A stretch of 32,000 bases of DNA, taken from Candidatus Jordarchaeales archaeon (GTDB taxonomy: Archaea; Asgardarchaeota; Jordiarchaeia; Jordiarchaeales; Freyrarchaeaceae). Under the pieces are notes generated by a model that saw only the letters and a list, made by a program, of their open reading frames with translations, made no database searches and was not told the DNA's origin. The position numbers were made by a program, and so were the translations under genes. Location: NCBI GenBank assembly GCA_038889235.1, contig JAWAHN010000003.1, forward strand, positions 293,703 to 325,702. The letters are read 5' to 3'. Of this stretch, positions 9,085-17,711 are shown one piece after another (positions within the stretch are counted from its first letter, which is position 1; the number at the start of each line of letters is the position of its first letter).

Positions 9085-10521
9085 GTGGGTGGAGTGAGGA
9101 GTCCAGAAGAGTATCGGGAAAGTCTTTTCAAAATGAAGCCTAACATATACCTTGAAGGTAGAAAGGTTGGTAGAGACGACCCGGCGCTTCAGGGAGGAAT
9201 AAACGTAATATCTAAGACGTTCGAGCTAGTCGACCACCCCGATTTCAGGGACCTGCTAGTGGCGACCTCCCACTTAACTGGGGAGAAGATAAACAGGTTT
9301 ACTCATATAAACCGCAGCCCTGAGGACCTCCTCAAGAAGCAGGAAATGATTAGGAAGCTCTGCCACTTGACAGGAGGGTGCATACAGAGGTGTATGGGTT
9401 GCGACGCCATAAATGCTCTCTCAGTTATAACGTACGAGGTGGACCGAGCGCTCGGAACAGACTACTATAAGCGCTTCACCAAGTACCTTGAATACTTCCA
9501 GAAAAACGACCTCGTGGCTGCCGGGGCGCAAACCGACGTTAAGGGGGACAGGAGCCTTAGACCGCACCAGCAGAAGGACCCAGACCTCTACGTGCGCGTA
9601 GTGAAGAAGACCGATGAGGGAATAGTTGTTAGGGGGGCTAAGAATCACATAACCATGGCGGCCTACGCCGACGAGATCATAGTGCTCCCGACGAGGATTA
9701 TGACGAAGGACGACGCAGACTGGTCAGTTTCCTTCGCCGTTCCGGCCGACGCCGACGGAGTTAAACTCATCACTAGGGCTTCGTCCTTTAGGCCACGTAA
9801 GAAGTTTAAGGCTCCACTAGCGGAAATAGGCTCCACAGACTCGTTTGTCATATTCGACGACGTCTTCGTCCCATGGGAGAGGGTCTTCCTGTGCGGCGAG
9901 TGGCAGTTCGCGGGGCTTCTCGCACACTTATTCGCGCTCTTCCACAGGCATAGTTACACCGGATGTAAGCCAGCTCTCTTCGACATAATAATGGGGGCAG
10001 CCGCGCTGGTTGCAGACTATAACGGTGTCGCCGACAAACCCCACGTCAGGTCGAAGCTTGCCCACTTAATCAGCCTAAGCGAGCTAGTCTACGCCGCAGG
10101 AATAGCTTCGGCGGTCAAGTCGCAGATCTATGGGTCTGGAACTTGCGTGCCGAACGTAGTATACGCCAACGTAGGCAGAAGACACGCGGGGCTAAACGCC
10201 CATAACGCCATAGAGATTCTCACAGACCTTGCTGGTGGACTCCCAGCGACGCTGCCTTACGAAGAGGAGTTCATAAACCCTGAGACCGCTCCGCTGCTGG
10301 AGAAATATATAGCAAGGCGCTCAGGGGTTCCACCGGAAAACGTACACCGGTGCTTTAGAATGCTGTCAGACATGCTTTGCTCCTCCCTAGGAGGCGTGAT
10401 GGCCGTCGCAGACGTGCACGGGGGAGGCTCGCCCGTCATGGAGGAAATAGCCATACTGGCAACATACGACATAGAAGAGAAGAAGAAAATAGCAAAATAC
10501 CTAGCGGGAATAAAGGACTAG
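9085..10521 (+). CDS. abfD: 4-hydroxybutyryl-CoA dehydratase (AbfD)-like / 4-hydroxyphenylacetate 3-hydroxylase family flavoprotein
   Basis: CIQRC (CX3C) and HRHSYTGC (HX6C) [4Fe-4S] ligand motifs, TDVKGDRSLRP, VRGAKxHIT, FDDVFVPWERVF and a C-terminal HGGGSP. Confidence 0.85.
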   Translation: MGGVRSPEEYRESLFKMKPNIYLEGRKVGRDDPALQGGINVISKTFELVDHPDFRDLLVATSHLTGEKINRFTHINRSPEDLLKKQEMIRKLCHLTGGCIQRCMGCDAINALSVITYEVDRALGTDYYKRFTKYLEYFQKNDLVAAGAQTDVKGDRSLRPHQQKDPDLYVRVVKKTDEGIVVRGAKNHITMAAYADEIIVLPTRIMTKDDADWSVSFAVPADADGVKLITRASSFRPRKKFKAPLAEIGSTDSFVIFDDVFVPWERVFLCGEWQFAGLLAHLFALFHRHSYTGCKPALFDIIMGAAALVADYNGVADKPHVRSKLAHLISLSELVYAAGIASAVKSQIYGSGTCVPNVVYANVGRRHAGLNAHNAIEILTDLAGGLPATLPYEEEFINPETAPLLEKYIARRSGVPPENVHRCFRMLSDMLCSSLGGVMAVADVHGGGSPVMEEIAILATYDIEEKKKIAKYLAGIKD

Positions 10522-10737
10522 AACAAACCCTTCACACTTTTTCTTTAGAGCGGAAAAGTGGGCGCGCCTCGCTTTGGCACTTAAACCCGGGTACAAAAAG
10601 GGCGTTGACTCTGGCTTTTTTGAGTGTCGTCAAACTCTGAAGGGGGTTATCGCTCCGGCGTGACTTAACCGTCTCTGCTAGCTTTCAACCAGTTTGGAGA
10701 GCTGGCTGGAAGCAATGCTAATCGGCTTTTTTGGACG

Positions 10738-10751
10738 ACAAAATTTAAATA
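10738..10751 (+). promoter_or_regulatory. Putative BRE/TATA promoter of the FAD-oxidoreductase gene
   Basis: TTTAAATA at 10744-10751 preceded by an A-rich tract, ~48 bp upstream of the GTG start, which has GGAGGAG before it. Confidence 0.5.
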
Positions 10752-10798
10752 AAGAACGTAGAATGTTGATTCGAAACCGTGGTCTTGGAGGAGTTGAT

Positions 10799-12304
10799 GT
10801 GAGCTACAACCACGTTACGCCTGACATAGTTAAGGCGCTTGAAAGCATAGTTGGCAAGGAATATGTTTCAGCTGACATAGCGATGAGGCACAGTTACCTC
10901 TCAAAGGGAATTATGGGGCTCGAAGCCACAGTGCCTGAAGTTGTTGTGAGACCGAAGTACGTGGAAGAGGTACGGAAGATCCTTGTGCTCGCAAACGAGA
11001 ACCACATACCTGTAACCCCGGCCGCGGGAGGACTAAGCGGAGGATACGCTGCCCCCCTAATCCAGCCGGGAGGAATACTCCTAGACCTTTCACGAATGGA
11101 CCGCATAATAGAGGTCAACACCGATGCAAGATACATGGTGATTGAGCCGGGGGTAAGGAGCGGCAAGGTCTGGGCGTACTTCAGAAAGGCAATGTGAACG
11201 CATTGCCCTGAAAAATACTACCCAGACTGGGCACCCCCGGTTCCTGACGGAGCTCCACCAGCCGCAACGGTGGTAGGCGACGCTCTTGAAAGAGGATTCA
11301 GCTTGGTGACAGCTAGGTATGGCCCGCAGGCTGACATGGTCCTCGGCATGGAGGTCGTGCTCCCAACAGGTGAGATAATCAGGACTGGGAGCTGGTCTAT
11401 ACCGGGAGCAAAGCCTTTTTACAGGTGGGGTCCTGGGCCGAACTTTGACGGCCTCTTCCTAGGAGCACAAGGTACTATGGGCGTTGTCACCAAGCTGGCC
11501 ATAAAGATAGTCCCACACCCGCAGTACAAGACGATAGTTGCTTACGGCATGGACAACCCGTACGACATGCAGGACTTCACGCTCGAGGTTTCGAAGTACG
11601 AGCTCGGCATAGCGGACCACATAGTGATGGTTCAGGGAGGGAACTGGCCGCTCGTTATGACCAGGTGGCCGAAGGAGAAGGTTCCAACCGACTACGAATT
11701 CTACAAGAAGCTTGGCATACCCCCGTGGTGGATGAACTTCGAGATATGGTGCCACAGCAAGGAGGAGCTGGACTTTACCGTAAACAAGATCCACGAGCTG
11801 GCTAAGGAGTACAATGCTAAGACGGGCCACGAGATAAAGGAGTGGAAGTTGCACCCCAAGCAGATAGCTAGCAGGCTTAAGAAGCCTAACAAGATAGCCA
11901 TACCCTACTCGCTGTGGGAGGCGGGCTTCCTCTTCATAACGTGGTACACTCCGTGGAAGGACTGCGCCGAGTTCGCGGAGATATATAACCAGAAGCTTGT
12001 AGAGTACGGGTTCCCGCCAGTCATGTGGATAGCTAGCATTGACCACTGCAGGCAAGCCATATGCATGCCCATAGTCTGCTTCAACTACACTAACCCGGAC
12101 GACGTGCGACGCGTGCAGGAAGTGAACAGAGTCACAACAGAGATATTCCTGGAGAAAGGATGGCTTAACTACAGGCCTGACCCGTACGTGCACGCCCCGC
12201 TGACGTTTGCTAGGGCGAAGGCGTACTACGACATGTTGCTGAAGTTCAAGAAAATCCTAGACCCGAACATGATACTCCACCCAGGAAGGCTCTGCATGCC
12301 TTAA
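10799..12304 (+). CDS. FAD-linked oxidoreductase, VAO/p-cresol methylhydroxylase family; intron-containing, join(10799..11186,11214..12304), 492 aa
   Basis: Both track ORFs are in the same frame. The N-half has VVRP...GGYAAP...LLDLSRMDRIIEVN...IEPGV. The C-half has TVVGDALERG, VLGMEVVLPTGEIIRTG, GPGPxxDGLF, GVVTKL, GWLNYR and LDPNMILHPG. GTG at 10799 follows GGAGGAG. Confidence 0.88.
11187..11213 (+). other. Predicted 27-nt bulge-helix-bulge (BHB) mRNA intron
   Basis: Central 4-bp helix UCAG(11181-84)/CUGA(11208-11) with 3-nt bulges AAA(11185-87) and AAA(11212-14). Inner stem GGCAAUG/CAUUGCC. Outer exon pairing includes GUCUGGG(11168-74)/CCCAGAC(11221-27). The segment contains the in-frame TGA (11195-97), and its removal restores the frame. 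Confidence 0.88.
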
Positions 12305-12634
12305 ACCACCCTTTACTCCTACTTCTTTTTAGAGAAACACTCTCAGCTCATGACGGCAGGTTTCCCCCTTTTCTACTAGTCTTTTTGCTGGTATTCCCGG
12401 GTTTGAAGTTGCTGTTAAGAGTGGGATTTTCCTTTTCCAGGAGTTGCGCCTTTGAAGGGTTTAGTGAAAAACGTGACTAGAGTATTGTTGGCTGTAGCGT
12501 GTCGTCTTTTTGATCGACAGTGCTGTAGGCTTCGTAGCGGCTTCTGCGTGCACGTTGTGCCTTCGAAGTTTGTGATGGCGGTGTGTTTTTGGGCGTTAGC
12601 TCTGCCTTACGTCATCCAGGTTTATGCTTCTTTT

Positions 12635-15361
12635 TTAGCCTATTGTTGCGGCTAGCAGTGGAAAGGTGCTCCAGTATATTTGGGGTGAAATGTACGCTTC
12701 GATCACCGCTGCGGTTGTGAACATGGCTGCGGATGCTAGTAGTGCTATCGCCAGCCTTCTTGACTTCAACATGTTTTTCGCTTGTTCTAGGAACATGTCG
12801 GGATTGTCTGCGGCTGGCGAGAGTGTTCTAGCTACTGAGAGGCCGATTGCTGTTGCAAGGATCGCCGCCGGTATTTCGATTACTCCGTGTGGCAGTATGG
12901 AGACGAGGAAGGGGTATCCGCCTTTTCCTCCAAGCCAGAGGAAGGTGACCGACTCGATCATGTAGAGGCCAGCTATCACGAAGGCTGTTGAAAGTATTTC
13001 GAGCGTGCAGAGGGAGTAGAGGGAAGACTTCACGAGCGTGGGGGTGAAGGGCGCTTCTTTGTGGACGAGCTTGTACATCGCTGCTGCAGTTAGGGGTATT
13101 ACCAGCATTGCTATTGGTGTGAACTGGTCGTCGAAGAGCAAGTATTCCGCCACGAAAAACCCCGCCCCGAGAATGTACCATTCGACGCCACGTGTCCCAC
13201 CCTTTGACGCTGCGCGGATGCCCATTACCACGATCCAGAATGCTAGTGCTCCTACGGCTGACAGAACGCACCTGTTGAGGTTATGGGTCAATATTATCGG
13301 GAGGTTGTTCTCCAGCATCCATGAGGGGACGTGGATTAGTAATGCCAAGAGCCGGGGTATTAGCGTGTAGTTGAGGTACAGCCAGTACTCTACTCCTTCA
13401 GGGGCTGCGATCTCTAATATCACCGCCTTAAAGAGCCACACTGCGGTGAAACCGGCTAGGTAGTAGAGGGTGAACGCTGTGAACGTGGTTACAACTAAGC
13501 CCGCGGCGAACGCTGCGGAGCTCAGAACCACGTCCCTTAACGTTAGCTTGAACAACTCCACTCTGGTTAGCGCCTCAACTTTCTCCAGAACGGGTTTTAC
13601 CACTGGTGGCTTAGCCGGCCTAGCGTAATAAGCGATGTACGCTACGAGCATCGTCGAAAGAATCCATATTGGTAAGTCGAAGAAAGCCATGTACGCCATT
13701 TGGACTATAAAAGCGGAAAAGTAGTTTCCACTGAAGTATGACGCCGGCTCCATTGTTTCTGGGAGGGTTATGATAGGCCTGTTTACGGCTAGAACGCCCA
13801 TGACCGGAGAAACTATGTAGGAAGGCACGTGTCCGACAAGGGGGGTGCTGACGGAGGGAATACTCCACGAGGCGACAGCTGCCACGAGCGCCGATACGGA
13901 GGCGATCCACTCGGGTTTAACTTCCTGTGTAGCAAAGTACCCTGCGGCTCCTCCTAGGAGGAGCTTGAGCGCCATGGTTACGAGGACTGTTAAGAAGACC
14001 CATATTGAGAGAGGTGTCAGGAGGGAGGGGGAGAGGGGTGGGAGGCCTTGTTGAAGTGCGAGGCTTGAGAGCTTTGGGTATACTGCAAGGGTGTAGTATA
14101 TTGCAGTTGAGGCTAAGGGGAGGTCGTAGGTTCCCGTAATTAGAGCAGAAGCCGTCGAAAGGATGACGTAGAAGGTTATGAATGCAAGCGTGCCGAGAGA
14201 GATTCCTAAAGCTGTTGCCTCAGCTAGGTCAACACCTTTTAGCTCACGGATCTTTTCATAGAAGTTCACCACGAGAGAGTAGGATTTGTGGTAGAGGTTG
14301 AGGGCGAATTTTTCGAAGAGGGGTAGGAGGACTACTGCAAAAACGATGGACGCGGTGTTCGCGAGTGTTATCCTTAAGAGCATGTAGACGTTTACTCCTT
14401 GAAAAGAGGGTATTAGCGCTGAGGCTACTAGTCCGAGGAGGGGGTCTTGCGCTGAGAGGCTAACTATCAGGTTATGCCTTAAAACTTGCAGTGCTACATA
14501 GAAGTGTCCCTGCGTTAGCAAGCTGTAAGCTATGTTTCCTATTCTCTCCAGCGAAAGGAAAATGTTGAAGTATGTGAATGGGCCGACAACGTTTCTCATC
14601 AGCTTTTCTCCCAGGTCCACCTCCCCGCACTTCACGCCCCCTATTTTCGCAAGCCTTGACGATGCGAGGTAAGAGAACCTGTAGAGAAGCATTATGTATA
14701 TGGCTATGTTGAGGCCAAACCCGCCCACTACTCCCATGTTGTAGTAGTTTTCCAATATTAAGCTGAAGGAGACTATGGCAGGCAGCGTGACCAAGCCTAT
14801 TACTAAGTAGTCCTTAACGACGCCTACCCCTGAAACTGCATCAAGTGGATTAGCTGGGATCTTGGTGAAAACTACCGCCTTAGCTCTGTCCTTAAATGAG
14901 CCACCTAATTTCCTTTCAAATATTAGCAGCCTGATGAGTAAAGTAAATACTCCTAGGAAAGCTGAGAAAAGGGCGACGAACGCCCAAAGGATGAACGTGT
15001 GAAGCGTGCTGGCAGCGTACTGGGTTAGCAGCGTCAAAAAATGGAAGGCAAAGGCGCCCAGAAGGCTTTCAGTAGAATATATTAGGAACTCCTCGAAGCC
15101 CACACTATGGGTGGTGAGGCAGGATATCAACAAGTTCTCGTAGCTGACGTTCTCGAAGTGAGCTATAAGCACGTTGCCGGTGTTAAGCGCACCCACCGTC
15201 AGTGAAACCACGACCGCCGCGTCAACAAATGATTTGAACCTCCCCGCCCAACCCCTCACCAACGCCAGCATGGCAGCCAGGAACAGTGCGGGGGCCATGT
15301 TCAGCACCACAGTTAAAGCAACGTTCACCGTAAGCAACTCAAGCAGACCAGTCAAGTTCAC
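12635..15361 (-). CDS. Large polytopic membrane protein with a C-terminal stage II sporulation protein M (SpoIIM)-like domain
   Basis: 908 aa with many hydrophobic helices. The C-terminal ILPHGVIEIPAAILATAIG and AAVIEAYISP segments match SpoIIM-family signatures. Confidence 0.8.
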   Translation of the reverse strand: MNLTGLLELLTVNVALTVVLNMAPALFLAAMLALVRGWAGRFKSFVDAAVVVSLTVGALNTGNVLIAHFENVSYENLLISCLTTHSVGFEEFLIYSTESLLGAFAFHFLTLLTQYAASTLHTFILWAFVALFSAFLGVFTLLIRLLIFERKLGGSFKDRAKAVVFTKIPANPLDAVSGVGVVKDYLVIGLVTLPAIVSFSLILENYYNMGVVGGFGLNIAIYIMLLYRFSYLASSRLAKIGGVKCGEVDLGEKLMRNVVGPFTYFNIFLSLERIGNIAYSLLTQGHFYVALQVLRHNLIVSLSAQDPLLGLVASALIPSFQGVNVYMLLRITLANTASIVFAVVLLPLFEKFALNLYHKSYSLVVNFYEKIRELKGVDLAEATALGISLGTLAFITFYVILSTASALITGTYDLPLASTAIYYTLAVYPKLSSLALQQGLPPLSPSLLTPLSIWVFLTVLVTMALKLLLGGAAGYFATQEVKPEWIASVSALVAAVASWSIPSVSTPLVGHVPSYIVSPVMGVLAVNRPIITLPETMEPASYFSGNYFSAFIVQMAYMAFFDLPIWILSTMLVAYIAYYARPAKPPVVKPVLEKVEALTRVELFKLTLRDVVLSSAAFAAGLVVTTFTAFTLYYLAGFTAVWLFKAVILEIAAPEGVEYWLYLNYTLIPRLLALLIHVPSWMLENNLPIILTHNLNRCVLSAVGALAFWIVVMGIRAASKGGTRGVEWYILGAGFFVAEYLLFDDQFTPIAMLVIPLTAAAMYKLVHKEAPFTPTLVKSSLYSLCTLEILSTAFVIAGLYMIESVTFLWLGGKGGYPFLVSILPHGVIEIPAAILATAIGLSVARTLSPAADNPDMFLEQAKNMLKSRRLAIALLASAAMFTTAAVIEAYISPQIYWSTFPLLAATIG

Positions 15362-15956
15362 AGAGGACCCCCACTACCTTTAACATAGGAAAACACGACT
15401 GCTCAAAATTTAGCATTTTTGTGGCGGCGTTGGCTATTAAGGAACAATCCCCGCCTGCAAGTTTCTAATCTGGAAGGTATTCTACTTATAAGCTTTTGTA
15501 GCTGTTACTCCTTCGCCGGCCGAAATAACGTGGTTTCACCGCTAACAACCAGTAGGCTCACATTCTCCTGATCTCCCGAATCATCCAGAGATCTATCACG
15601 CAGTAGTTATTAATAGTGCGGGTGGAAGTGAAAGGGTTAAAGCCGTTCCACTGGTGTCGTAGAGTTTTTGGTGTAGAACGAGAGGGAGGAGAGACCTAGA
15701 TAGGGCGGATATTGCGGTGGATGCTACTGGTGCGAGCAAGAGCAACGAGCTCCCCTTTGTAGTTTTCCTTTGCAACAATCTTTGTCAGCGACCAGACTTC
15801 ACTATTAGCCCTTGTAGTAGCCGAAAACCCCGGGTTACATATGGGAACATAGAATCCTAGGAAAGGAGGGGAGGGGCTGCTTTAAACCTCAAATTGCCCG
15901 TGTTTTCCCCTTCTCCAAAAGGATTTAACCGTCTAAGCTAAAATTTTTTGAGGGTG

Positions 15957-16472
15957 ATGGTGTTGGCCGTTGAGTGGTGGCTTCTCAACATAATAGGATC
16001 CCTAATTCTCCTCGCTTTAGGCGTCATCTTGATGCTTGCTGACGCTAAGCTTGGAACAGGACTGGTGTCCCTTATAGGGGCAGTGTGCGCCTTCATGGCG
16101 GTTGTCATTCTAATCCCCACTCAAACACCCCCGCAAAACCAGGATTTTGTGATACTCGTGAGAAACGTGATGTTAGCGTGCAGCATTGTGGCCACAGGGT
16201 TCTTCCTCTTCGTGAGCTACAAGGCTTACGAGGCTAAGCGGCTTAGGGACAAAGTAGGCATAGATTCAATAGTCGGCGAGAGAGGGGTGGCGAAAACAGA
16301 GCTCAAACCTAAGGGGGTTGTCAACGTTAAAGGGGAGCTGTGGTCCGCTGTAACTGAAAGCGGCGAACAGGTTGCCGAGGGAGAGGAAGTCGAGGTGGTA
16401 GGGTACGAGGGGATAACACTCATAGTGAGGCCTGTGGGGAGGAGGACGGCGTTGAAGTGGAAGCCTAGTTGA
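15957..16472 (+). CDS. NfeD family protein (short form, TM helices + OB-fold)
   Basis: Three N-terminal TM segments, then IVGERGVA...LKPKGVVNVKGELWSA...GEEVEVVGYEGITLIVRP. ATG at 15957 follows GAGGGTG. Confidence 0.87.
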   Translation: MVLAVEWWLLNIIGSLILLALGVILMLADAKLGTGLVSLIGAVCAFMAVVILIPTQTPPQNQDFVILVRNVMLACSIVATGFFLFVSYKAYEAKRLRDKVGIDSIVGERGVAKTELKPKGVVNVKGELWSAVTESGEQVAEGEEVEVVGYEGITLIVRPVGRRTALKWKPS

Positions 16473-16551
16473 GAATCGCGTAGGTTGGCGTCTCACTGCT
16501 GCTGAGACTGGGACGCCGTCTCGGTGTTTAGCTTTCATCCGGTAGGCTGTG

Positions 16552-16971
16552 CTAGGGCCTCCACCTGCCATCCCTGATCAAGTTTCCCGGAGTGCACAGT
16601 TTTATAATGTAGGGGTTTCTCGGGTTGCCGACGTAGACCCATGCCTCCTTTTCGCCTCCCCCAAGGAGGAAGACCTTAACCCTCTTCCTTATGAAAAGCG
16701 AGCCTGGGTCTGACTCGTCGTACCCCTCGTAGTAGTCTATCTGTTTTATGATGGACGCGAAACTACTTAACTTGAAGAGTTTCCCGTAAACCCTGAAGCC
16801 TTCGGGGTCCTCTATGAATACGGGGAACCAGCCAGCCTTGTAGAGCCGCCCTATGATGAAGCCGTCCTCCACGCTGGCAGGCTCGACACCCCACCTCCTC
16901 TTGAGAAACGAGGTGTCCATCAGAGTTCCATAGGCAAACAAGTAGTCGGTGTCAGCCAAAAGCTTGTGCAC
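16552..16971 (-). CDS. Gamma-glutamylcyclotransferase (AIG2-like) family protein
   Basis: LFAYGTLM, VYGKLF, IDYYEGY, RKRVKV and AWVY motifs. Confidence 0.88.
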   Translation of the reverse strand: MHKLLADTDYLFAYGTLMDTSFLKRRWGVEPASVEDGFIIGRLYKAGWFPVFIEDPEGFRVYGKLFKLSSFASIIKQIDYYEGYDESDPGSLFIRKRVKVFLLGGGEKEAWVYVGNPRNPYIIKLCTPGNLIRDGRWRP

Positions 16972-17072
16972 CCCCAGCGGGGGTTAGGCGTCAAATTAAT
17001 AAATTTTTTGCAAGCTTAATTGTTTTACCTTTATAGTGTCTCCCAGGAAAGCCCCGGGGAGAAGGAGACCCC

Positions 17073-17687
17073 TTGATTGAGGGAATAATATTCGACATGG
17101 ACGGCGTCCTGGTAGCTTTGAACGTGAGCTTGGAGGAAATGGTGAAGAAGGTTGAGGAAAAGTCTCAGGTTCAGGTGGAGCCTTTGGGGTTCCGCTGGGT
17201 GCTGGAGCGCGCTATGAAGGACAGGGAGTTTTACAGGGAGGTCATGGAGGCCTTAGATGAGCTTGAGGTGTCGGCTGTCAGGGAGCGCATGACTGTCTTT
17301 CCGGAAACCAAGAGAGTTGTAACTTACTTGGGAGAGCGTTACCCCTTAGTCCTCGTCACGCTGCAGGGGAGGAGGGCGGCTGAAATGGTGCTGGAGAAGC
17401 TGGAAATTAGGCGGTTCTTCAAGTTCGTGTTCACGAGGGAAGACTCTTTTTTCAGGAAGGAGCAGATAGAGAAGGCTGTCCAAGCCCTTGGAGTGGACAA
17501 GGAGAGAGTGCTCGTGGTTGGGGATAGAAGAAGCGACAAGGTGGCGGCGGAGGAAGTTGGGTGCAAAGTCGTCATAGTTAGGAGGAAAAAGCAGGCTGCA
17601 GTTGAAGGGGTCGACGTGATTAGCTCGCTCGACGAACTTCCAAAAGTGATAGAGCGCATGAGTAGAGGAGGCGGTGAGCTACCATAA
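17073..17687 (+). CDS. HAD-superfamily hydrolase
   Basis: IIFDMDGVL (motif I), LVT (II), K (III) and VGDRRSD (IV). Confidence 0.9.
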   Translation: MIEGIIFDMDGVLVALNVSLEEMVKKVEEKSQVQVEPLGFRWVLERAMKDREFYREVMEALDELEVSAVRERMTVFPETKRVVTYLGERYPLVLVTLQGRRAAEMVLEKLEIRRFFKFVFTREDSFFRKEQIEKAVQALGVDKERVLVVGDRRSDKVAAEEVGCKVVIVRRKKQAAVEGVDVISSLDELPKVIERMSRGGGELP

Positions 17688-17711
17688 AGTTTAAAGCCCA
17701 GTGCCCGGCAC

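Noticed and set aside
11195-11197. Selenocysteine/readthrough at the in-frame TGA
   Set aside because: Readthrough would leave a 9-aa insert with no counterpart in the family. The position is not a catalytic Cys site, no convincing SECIS was seen after 12304, and the exact BHB geometry explains the stop better.
11192-11211. C/D-box sRNA inside the intron (AUGUGA...CUGA)
   Set aside because: Too short to hold guide sequences, the box C match is poor, and the CUGA is needed as the BHB central helix.
11187-11213. Simple pseudogene or sequencing error
   Set aside because: There is no frameshift, and both halves are otherwise intact. A random error would not produce a 27-nt segment with a complete BHB whose canonical cut sites restore the frame.
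2524-17059. CCCGGG-type palindromes in several intergenic regions (2524, 10586, 12396, 15829, 17052)
   Set aside because: About 8 copies of a 6-mer are expected by chance in 32 kb, and flanks and positions relative to genes are inconsistent.
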